This document shows, piece by piece, positions 54,753 to 64,000 of a stretch of DNA of 64,000 bases. Below the pieces are notes generated by a model. That model did not search any database, was not told where the DNA came from, and worked only from the letters and a program-made list of their open reading frames with translations. Position numbers and translations under genes: made by a program. The first letter of the stretch is position 1, and each line of letters begins with the position of its first letter. This DNA comes from Octopus sinensis (Eukaryota): assembly GCF_006345805.1 (NCBI RefSeq), contig NC_043012.1, positions 51,584,001-51,648,000 on the forward strand, written 5' to 3'.

Positions 54753-55454
54753 TATGAGGACACAGGATATCACGAAACGTGTACAACAAACAATACGAAG
54801 TACGACTACATGGAATAGGAACTATTTTTTCGAACAACCAAAGACACAAATTGCTGTTTTTTTCTACTCTTGTATTTCGAGCAATTCAAAACAAGATACG
54901 CTTTCGATAAATCAGTTGCTCCTGCAAAGCAAATTAAATAAAATTTGGGATTTTTGCGGAGGGTCAAAATTGGTAACAAACGCAGGACAGTGAGAACAAA
55001 CAGGAAGGGCTGCTAAGCCTAAAAAGGTTGTGGTGGCGAACGCGTAATTCAAGCTTGGACAGGAGACAAACAAGGAACGTGTTCCTTGATCCAGCTACAA
55101 CGGAGAGAAAGAAAGAAACACAATTTTGGAGAAGAAATAAAGATGGCTGATGTTCAGATGGTTAGGTAGGAGCCACGTGAACAAGGGAGGAAGAGTGTGA
55201 CAGACAGAGAACTTTGTGGGGGGGTGAGAAATTTGGAGATAAGATGACAAAAAAAAACAGGAGGGGAGAAGGGGACGTAGAAGAATAAGTGCAAGGAAGA
55301 GAGGAAAATGAAAGAGTAATTGGATAGAATAGTGGGAGAAGAGGAGGTAAAAAATAAGCGAGAAAAACGAAAGAGTAAAAGAATAGAATAGAGTTCGCAT
55401 CAGAATTATTAATATAGAACTCACTTGGAAGAAGATGCGTGGCGTTCAAACATA

Positions 55455-55509
<55 letters not shown>

Positions 55510-55740
55510 TATATATATGCATATATAGATATGTATATGTATATACTTATATCTATACGTACATATGTATGCATATGTGGGCAGAGGACGTCAGGAAACG
55601 TGTACAACAAAAAATGCGACGTACGAGTACATGGAATATTTTTTCGAACAACGAAAGACACAAATGGAAAACAAGACAATACCATAAAGGACGACCGTTC
55701 ATCAGTTGACGGCTGTTTTTTCTACTCTCGTATTTCATAT
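54750..55740 (-). mobile_element. Two related (TA)n-bounded repeat units, probably Penelope-like terminal repeats
   Basis: GAAACGTGTACAACAAA..TACATGGAAT..TTTTTCGAACAAC.AAAGACACAAAT..GCTGTTTTTT.CTACTCT.GTATTTC occurs at ~54775-54880 and ~55594-55736. Confidence 0.5.
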
Positions 55741-55879
55741 ATATATATATATATATACGTATGCATGTATATATACATATGATGGACTCTCCCGTGGGTT
55801 TTGTCGCATTCGGATCCGACAACCTGCTCTTTCTTTGTCAGTCATAATGCTTAAACCGAATGTGATATTTATGTCCCGC

Positions 55880-56110
55880 CAGCGAATTGCAAAGAAGCCC
55901 GTAGGTTCTGCAGGTATGAGTATTACAGATCAGTACAGGTGGAATTTCGCCTGTCTTAACGCTCAAATTTCTCCATGGTTGCCTTTGTCTTTTATCCCCT
56001 CTCGTGTGTGATAAAGTAAGTGCCAGTTGATCACAGGTTTAGGAGGACGAGAGATGTAATCGGCATACTCCTCCTCCGAAGTTGGTGGCATTTTACCAAA
56101 ATTTGAAATT
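55880..56110 (+). mobile_element. Very old CORE-type SINE
   Basis: Degenerate homology (CAAATTT..GCCTTT.TC.TTT..GATAAA.TAAGT.CCAGTTGA..GATGTAATCG) to the younger copies. Confidence 0.55.
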
Positions 56111-56199
56111 ATATATGAAAACGTGTGTGTGTGTGTTGCGTATATCTCAAATGAATATAGAGGTTTAAAGAACTTCATGTCATACGTGAATGTTTGACA

Positions 56200-56582
56200 A
56201 CAGGAAAAGGTGTGACTCTGTGATATGAAGCTGACTGTCCAACCATATGTTTCGGAGTGGCACCTTGACTAAGTGCCGCGACCGACTAAAGCATTGAGTA
56301 GATTTGTTGAACAAACTGAAAAAAACAAAGCATATCACATGTATATATGTGCATGTGTGTATGTATGTAAAGATGGGTAAATGTGAGTGTGTGTGTGTAG
56401 CGGTTCGGCAGAAGAGATCAATAAAATAAGTAGACGGCTTGAATGAAACTACCCCCATAGCAAAAAAACAAACAAACAAATTTCATAAATACTATGGTCG
56501 ATTTGTTCGACTAAACCATTGAAGGCAGTGCCCCAGTATGGCCGCAGTGTGATGATTTGAGGATTGAAACATGAGCAAGATA
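56200..56582 (+). mobile_element. Degraded OR2/Nin-like SINE
   Basis: GTGGCACCTTG..CCGACTAAAGCATTGAGT, TAGCGGTTCGGCA and GGTCGATTTGTTCGACTAAA..GAAGGCAGTGCCCCAGTATGGCCGCAGT. Confidence 0.65.
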
Positions 56583-57874
56583 AAAAAAAAATACAAACGT
56601 TATATTTCTGAAGCACATTATCATTAATATATTTTTAAAAATCATAAAATTTCCTTTTTTCCTAACTATACATTTTATATAAATCAAACACATTATTTTA
56701 TAAATATGGTCGTTGTATTCAAATATATGCGGGTGCATATGCGTGCGTCTGTCAGCCTGTGTGTGTTCGTATGTGTCTGCGTGCATGTGTGTGCATGCGT
56801 GGGTGTGTGCATCTACGGTGCTGAAAACATACTGTCAATAATTAATATTATAAACAAAAATAAAACACCATGAACCTAGTCAAACAAAAACCAGTCGCTA
56901 AACCACATTGCCCTTTCTGATTTGTGTTGTTTTCTAAAACCAGTTTGAAACTAAACTGGACTGTTCGAATTGTAATATACTATTAACGTTATAACAATAT
57001 TTGACGTTCCATTTAAATCTGTTAATACATTGTTTTCATTAAAATAATAATTTAACCTCAGAACTGAATGATTATATTTAACATTCTGAAGCAACATATT
57101 ATTTATTAGTGTTTTGAGATTATTGTAATACCCATATGAAAGCTAAACAGGAAGCGTGTCTCTCGAGACAAGCCCTTTAAATTCAGTCTACCGTCATATT
57201 AGAATGTGAAAAAAGAACACAACCTAAGTAGATTCATTGTAAATAACGAATATAAAACCAGATAAATGCATTATTTCACCAGTAAAGAATATAGTTCAAT
57301 ATCAAGCCAGAATCACAAAATCGATTCCGTTTTATGGATGTTAGAGTAAGTTAACTAGTAATGCGTGCATAATAGAATGGGGTCATGTGATTTGCTTTAC
57401 TTGTAATTGGCTTTTACCTTCAATTATACTTCTAATTTCAAGTTTGAAATGGATCTTTATCATGTTACACATTATGGTCTATTGCGCTTCAGAACAATGC
57501 TCCTAGGTTACTTACAGATGTTAATGCCAGCTATGTTTTAGAAAGAGATTAGTCGTGTATTATTTTTTCGAAGTCTGGTTGAATGTCTCAATACGTACCT
57601 CTAGTCCGTTGTTTGGAATGGAATATCAATCTCAATTACTAAAACATTAGTGGATGTCTGAAAAAAAAGTATTATTTTATTGTTGTCCTCAATCAAAGTG
57701 ATTCAAATATCGAACACTCTGTCAAGAAATGTCTCTTATTCTTCGTCCATCAATGTCCTTCGTGAGTGTTACATATACAAGTGTTCATTATTGTTTCCTG
57801 CACACATCGTGCAACAATTTTCTCTTTACAGCTCTCTGCTTTTCTCTTTGTCCCCGTCTCTATCTATCTATCTA

Positions 57875-57909
<35 letters not shown>

Positions 57910-58031
57910 ATCTATCTATCTATCTAAAGAGAGAGAGAGAAAGAGAGAAATAGATAGTAGATAGACATATATGTATGTATATATATATATATATATATAT
58001 GCATACATATGTGTACACACACATACATATA

Positions 58032-58077
<46 letters not shown>

Positions 58078-58105
58078 CATACATATACATATTTACATAT
58101 ATATA

Positions 58106-59402
58106 TACCTGGACCGATCAATAAATATCCAGACTGTTGCCATAGTAACGAAGCTAAAACATGCAGAGTGACGTCGCTTGGCACAGATTGTCCTTGAACT
58201 CTATTGTGCATGTGCACAAAGTGTTAATGTTGTAGCCCACTCCTGCTGTTTACAGCAGTGCTTGGTAGGAACGTGTGTAGCATGTGATCATCGCATTGAC
58301 CATGACAGTGGAAGTTGAGCAGAGATTCTGCATTAAATTTTCTGGAAAGCTTGGTGATATCGACTCAGAGGCCTACACAAAGTTGCAGAAAGTGTAAAGG
58401 AAGGAGTGTATGAGCCGCTCAAAAGTGTACAAGTGGTTCAGACGCTTCCAAGATGGCTGAAAAATGTCGATATTGATGAACGTTCTGGGAACGTTCCAAA
58501 ATAAGCAGAACTGAGAAAAACATCGCAAATGTTCGTTCAGCAGTGACGGGAAATCATCGAATCACCATAGGTGAATTATCAGAGAATGCGCACATTAGTT
58601 AGGGTCAGTTCGGTCCATTATCACTTAATATTTGTGTACAAGACACGGGGCTGCCAAGTTTGTGCCAAACCTGCTTTCTGCTGAACAAAAAGTCACTCTG
58701 GTTTCAGTTGCACAAGATCTCCTTGAATGTGCCGAGAACGATGAAAATTTTGAAAACGGTCATAACAGGTGACGAATCGTGGGTCTATGGTAATGGCACT
58801 GAAGCAAGGGCTTGGTCTTCGCAGTGGAAGATCCAAACCTCTCCGAGACCGAAGCAATGTGAAGACACTGCTACACGTTTCCTCGACTACAAGGGGTTTT
58901 CTCCATCATGAGTATGCTCCACCTGGTCAGACGGCAAACAAGGAATGTTTACCGTGACGTTTTGCAGCGTTTGCGGGGTGTTATTCGTCGGAAAAGGCCA
59001 CAATTGTGTGCGTTCGGTGAGTGGCAATTGCGACATGACAACGCATCTGCCCATTCAGCGCAGCTTGTTCAGCAGTTTTTGGGTTGGCCCAGTATTACCC
59101 TGATCAGTATTACCCTTGCGACTTTCTCCTCTTTCACAAAGTCAAATCCCACTTGAAAGGGAGAAGATTTCAGAATGTCGAGGAAATCAAAGTGAATCAA
59201 AGTGAATGCGACGAGGCAGCTGCTGATTATCCCAGAAAATTTGTTCTATGAATGCTTCCATAAATGGAAACTGTGCTGGATTAACTGTGTGACTTCCGAA
59301 GGGGACCTCTTTGAAGGAGATTAATTGCCAAATTGGAATTGGTACGTGTTGTAATTTATTTCTTATAGCACCGGTCCGTTTAGTTATAGATGAGACCGCG
59401 TA
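58106..59402 (+). mobile_element. Near full-length decayed mariner transposon
   Basis: MTVEVEQRFCIKF..KL.D..EAY.KL..MSRSKVYKWFRRFQDG, VITGDESWVYG, HEYAP.GQT.NKE.Y..VL.RLR..IRRKRP, W.LRHDNA.AH; TA-bounded ends. Confidence 0.88.
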
Positions 59403-62400
59403 CACACACACGCACACTCACACACACTCACACACACACACGCGCGCGCGCACACATAAGATCTAAGGATCGAGGTGTAGGAAGAAAGTTAGCTTCAAGC
59501 AATTCGGTGTAAATATAAAAGAAAACAACTTTCAAGGACAATAGTGGTTTATTAAAACGGAAGGCTGTGGATGTTTTTCGAATCTGGGAAAAGTTATTTT
59601 CATATTTCACGGTAAGCGACCAGGGTTGCCGGATATGAGAATAAGAATATAAGAGGTTAAAGAATGGAGTAGATAAGATCCAGGCTACGTATATTTCATA
59701 GCGAGCGGAACCTCGGAAGTGGTAAATATCCAAGTGCGTTGTATACCGTTGGCTACTCTTCAGGTCAAGGATATATTGATTAAATGAAAGTTTACATTGT
59801 CGCAAGGAAGTTCATGTTAAGAGGCGGAAGATTGAATCATCCACATCTTAACATGTACATTCTTGAGACAATGTAAACATTCATTTAATCAAGATATCCT
59901 TGTCCGGTAGAGCAGGCAACGGTATGCACTTCGCTTGGATATTTACCAATTCCGATGTTCGGTTCACTACGAAACATGTAGCCCAGATCTTATATACTCC
60001 ATCCCTTAACTCTAATATATATATGCCCATAATTCCTTTCACACAATACATAAATCTCATGAAGTTCTGCTATGAGTATCCTTTCTTCTGGACGAATGAG
60101 TAAGATATACATCGGATCTTACACAATTTAGCTTGCTTCAAATATCTAAATGTGAAACGCCCTGGTTTTAGACTAATTTGACATTCTTATATCCCATTCG
60201 TCTTTTTTTCATGGTAATTGAATATGTCGTTATTCGATAAATGCACCATTGTTTTTATGTTGTGACGCAGTTTCACAAGGTTAAGGACTTTAATTTTATT
60301 GTTCAGTTTTTTTTTTCTAAACTATTGTTATGACGAATGTTTCTCTTTGCAATTCCCTAACCCCTTTCAGTTTATAACACGTAAGCCCCGTGCTTTATGA
60401 AACCAGCAATTACAACGATATTGAACATGTTTATAACTGTCGTCCATGAAGAAGAAACTTCAAAGCTTCATTAATTCAAAATATATTTGCAAATAAATAT
60501 AAGTATATTACTGTTCATTAAACGGGTCAATGAGGGAAACCTATATTGCACATCAATCTGCTAGAAATACCAACTAAATCTCCCTCATAATGCAGCCTAT
60601 CATCTTATACAAAGCATGGAATAACGGGGGACTGTAGCGTTATAAGGAAATTATCGTGGTCGATCCTAGATTTACTAGTTCAGAGTTCACATGGTGTTAA
60701 TAAACAATAACTAATGGAGGTTAAATATCTTGGATGTGTTTTAAAAAAATAATCTTCAATCATTTTGAAAAGATGTTGCATTAATAAAAGATCGATTCTA
60801 CTGTAGTAGCCAATAGTTGTTTCCAAACTTTTGGAGCAGTCTTTAAATAATTACAGTCTAATACGATTATTTATTTATTTTCTGTTTAAGGTAAAATTAT
60901 TTAGAAGAGAAGAATGATGGGGTATGTTGTAAATGATTCGCAAAAAAAGAATGCGTTTTAAGGTATACATGTTTCAAATCGATATTCGACAAAAAAATGT
61001 GATTAAAATATAACCCACCTTATACTTAGAACATTTAAAATCTGCGTTTTTGTAGTTGACTTGCAAAAGATAATGAATAAATAATCACAACTTTTGTTTT
61101 TGATGAAGTGAAAATCGAACTGACCCTGTCTACAATATTCGAAAAAACTAGCCACCCTGTAAGCAGGTTTGTGCGATTCGATAAATGAAATTTGGTTGGG
61201 AGAAATTCGAAAATGAAATGAAAAAGGAAATATATAATTAAGAATGAAAATAATGTGTTAGATGTGGTAACCAAAGAATATATATGATCGAAAACAGTTC
61301 CCTTCTTATGTTTTTCTGATATCAGCTTTGAACTAGCAAATTGATGATCAGTGTTATTTCAATCGTGGCCATCACGTATTGTATCCATGAATTTATTTTC
61401 CAATCCATTTTTATTCTAGAAGCCATTTTATTATGACTTCTGTACGATTTTGCTCCGCTTTTTAGCAAGTCTTATGAGCTCGCTGGAGCTCCAATATTTA
61501 CATCTGTTCCAAACACAGTAAATGTTTAGAATTAAAGCAGTAAAATAATTCTAATATTCCGGGTAAAAGAAGTTTATTCAGTTCACATAATTTCTTCTAT
61601 CCTAAATTTTCGTCTGCATATATCACAAGTAGATATAACAAAATATAAGTGTGCTAATTTGACATTCATATTTTCAAATTCGTAATAGACTTAAGAAAAT
61701 AAATTTCGAGAAATCTTAGTGTCGAATGGTCATCGAAAAAAAAACATTTCTTTCATATGTGCTTTATAGCGTCGGAAAAGATATCGCTGTATATGTTTCA
61801 AACAATGCTCATTTTTCCGGTTTTTGCATGACATTTTGTGCGATTTGTTAACCATTTATAATCAACATTAAAAGAATCAATGATAAGTAGGGATTATCAA
61901 AATTGTATTAGGTGATGTTTATCCGGGGAAAACGAAGTGTGCTGAAATACCAAGGATCAGAACACTGAACAACACCGCTAAACCAATAATTAATATCCGT
62001 TTATTCATGATAAGAAACGAAATAGATTTTCCTTTCAATTAAGGAGAAAACATTATTGCTGTCTAGTAATTTAGTAGTGATCATTTGATGTACCTCGAAG
62101 ACTGCTGGATGTAAATAAAGCAAATGATGGGTTACCGGGTGTCATTGCTTACAAAAGGACGCCGCTAAATATGAAGAGGACTCGATTGGTGATGTCAAAC
62201 AACGAAATAAACTCGCTTTGAAGCAAAAAAACTAAATCATGATGTAATCTCCTCTTTAAAAGATTCTACTAGTACTTTAATATTTCCATCAAAATATAAT
62301 ATTCTGGTTCATGAGAAGTGAGGTTAATCAAATAAATTTAGTGAGAATGAAGAAGCTCTAGAGAAAAGTGTAAGATATAACAATAACTATAATCGACATT

Positions 62401-62702
62401 TGGATACAATTATATAAAATAGAAAATAAAACATGCATTGCAATGATTAATCGTTTTCTTTTTCATTTTTTTTTTTTTGTGCATAAACCGGCTTATTTAT
62501 GAATAATAGTAATTCTAACAAGACCATTTGCCACTTAACTTAATTGGCAGTCAGACATTTTGAACCGAGGCAGCGACTCTGGCTGACCCGCAAAATATTT
62601 CGAGTAACATCTAATATGCCTACACTATTTATCCAAAAGTTTCTGCACAAAGTGTATGTTACATTCGTATTAAATGAAGCGGATTTGATAAATACTACTA
62701 CA

Positions 62703-62760
62703 CTAGCTGGACCCGTGCCCTCAAAAATGACGGCTAATTGTAGTATTTTATATATAACAC
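62703..62760 (-). mobile_element. Helitron 3' end (hairpin plus CTAG), interrupted by a SINE
   Basis: CTAG at 62703-62706 then CCCGTGCCCTCAAAAATGACGGCTAATTGTAG; same family at 63907. Confidence 0.55.
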
Positions 62761-63037
62761 GTGGAGGCACATGGCCTAGTGGTTAGAGCAGCGGACTCGC
62801 GGTCGAGGGATCGCGGGGGTGTGATTATGAGTGAAACACCTAAGCTCCACGGGTCTCCGGCAGAAGGTTATGGCGCACTTCTGCTGACTCTTTCGCCACA
62901 ACTTTCTCTCACTCTTTCTTTCTGCATCGTGCAGCTTACCTGCGACGGAACCTGTACGCCAAGGAAACCGGGAAACCGGCCCTATGAGCCAGGCGTGGAT
63001 CGAGAAGGAACAAACAACAACAACAACAACAACAATA
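62761..63037 (+). mobile_element. tRNA-headed SINE (Ceph-SINE-like) with RTE-type (AAC)n tail
   Basis: GTGGAGGCACATGGCCTAGTGGTTAGAGCAGCGGACTCGCGG head, CACAACTTTCTCTCACT body, tail GAGAAGGAACAAACAACAACAAC; box B region deleted. Confidence 0.8.
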
Positions 63038-63184
63038 TATAACTAAGTTTTTAGTTAATAATTCTTTTATGATCAAATTTATAACTGCAGTCTTTTTATA
63101 TTCCTGATACACTCAGGCAATACTTATTTTCTCTAATGAGCTTGTATATGTATATGTAGGTGTATGTGACTGTAATAATTATTT

Positions 63185-63550
63185 TCAACAAAACGGATAG
63201 AATATCGTGGCACTCCGCCGGTTACCACGACGATCAACGGAACAGCTGGCTCGTGAAATTAATGTGTAAGTGTCGTACCCTTAACTTAGTTCTCGGGGAG
63301 ATTCAGCGTGACACAGAGTGGGAAAATGCCGACCCTTTGAGATACAGGTACAACAGAAGCAGAAAGAAAAAGTGAGAGAAAGTTGTGATGAGAGGGTACA
63401 TCAGGGTTCACCACCAACCCATGCCGGAGCCTCGTGGAGCTTTAGGTGTTTTCGTTCAATAAACACTCACAACGCCCGGTCTGGGAATCGAAACCGCTAT
63501 CCTACGACCGCGAGTCCGCTGCCCTAACCACTGGGCCATTGCACCTCCAC
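63185..63550 (-). mobile_element. tRNA-headed SINE (Ceph-SINE-like), same head and body as 62761 but different tail
   Basis: Minus strand GTGGAGGTGCAATGGCCCAGTGGTTAGGGCAGCGGACTCGCGG..GGTTTCGATTCCC..CACAACTTTCTCTCACT..GGCGGAGTGCCAC. Confidence 0.85.
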
Positions 63551-63906
63551 ATATGAATACAATCATAATCTTTGCGCCTCCACAGATAGAGTATGAATGG
63601 TAAATCAAATTAATATGATTGTCAATGTTATCTAGTTGTTATCTTTTGAGATGTGATATCGGTCGTCGTTTGTTACTGAAGGAACGCTGGTTCACACATT
63701 CACATACTTCCCTTGTACACGTGCACACATAGTCACATATACTCACACAGAGTTAAAACGCTGCTACATTTTTTTTCACCATAGCATTAAAATCATCTCA
63801 CTACAAAGTTTGCCATCACCCTGTCCTTCCTTATTCATCTATCATCCCCGCTTTTCTCATTCATATGTTGTGACGGAGAAAAACACAAAAGTATTATTAT
63901 ATCATA

Positions 63907-63965
63907 CTAGCTAGCCCCGTGCCGTCAAAACTGATGGCTAATTGTAGTCTTCGATATATGAATAA
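63907..63965 (-). mobile_element. Helitron 3' end (hairpin plus CTAG)
   Basis: CTAG at 63907-63910; hairpin GCCGTCA-AAAC-TGATGGC. Confidence 0.55.
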
Positions 63966-64000
63966 GGTACAAAATAAGGTACATAATAATCACAGGTGCA

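Noticed and set aside
55842-55913. 72-nt phase 1-1 exon candidate xIMLKPNVIFMSRQRIAKKPVGSA
   Set aside because: Its 3' half and donor overlap the head of a degraded SINE, so the signals are probably incidental.
55963-56178. Protein-like ORF PPTSEEEYADYISRPPKPVINWHLL
   Set aside because: Antisense reading of an old CORE-type SINE.

Overview
AT-rich, repeat-saturated eukaryotic DNA. The SINE families, (TA)n/(CA)n/(GATA)n density and LINE remnants fit a coleoid cephalopod, probably Octopus; this is inferred from repeat content, not from a database hit. No intact long ORF is present. Almost all ORFs in the supplied track are translations of microsatellites or decayed transposons. The best host-gene signal is a pair of frame-compatible + strand exons (870-941 and 6540-6655) that would encode the C-terminus of a GPI-anchored or C-terminally hydrophobic protein. 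The rest is a layered mobile-element record: tRNA-headed SINEs of at least four types, maT (DD37D-like) and mariner transposons, R4/Dong, HERO-like, Tx1/L1, CR1/L2 and Penelope-like retroelements, Helitron ends and MITEs. The most notable structures are a ~550-bp fold-back palindrome, a near-intact minimal hammerhead core in a Penelope terminal repeat joined inverted to a Penelope RT, a Tx1 element at a (GATA)n junction with a candidate 8-bp TSD, and a TIR element flanked by a perfect 41-bp direct repeat. All calls were made by eye. Element boundaries are approximate, and family names need Dfam/Repbase/HMM confirmation.
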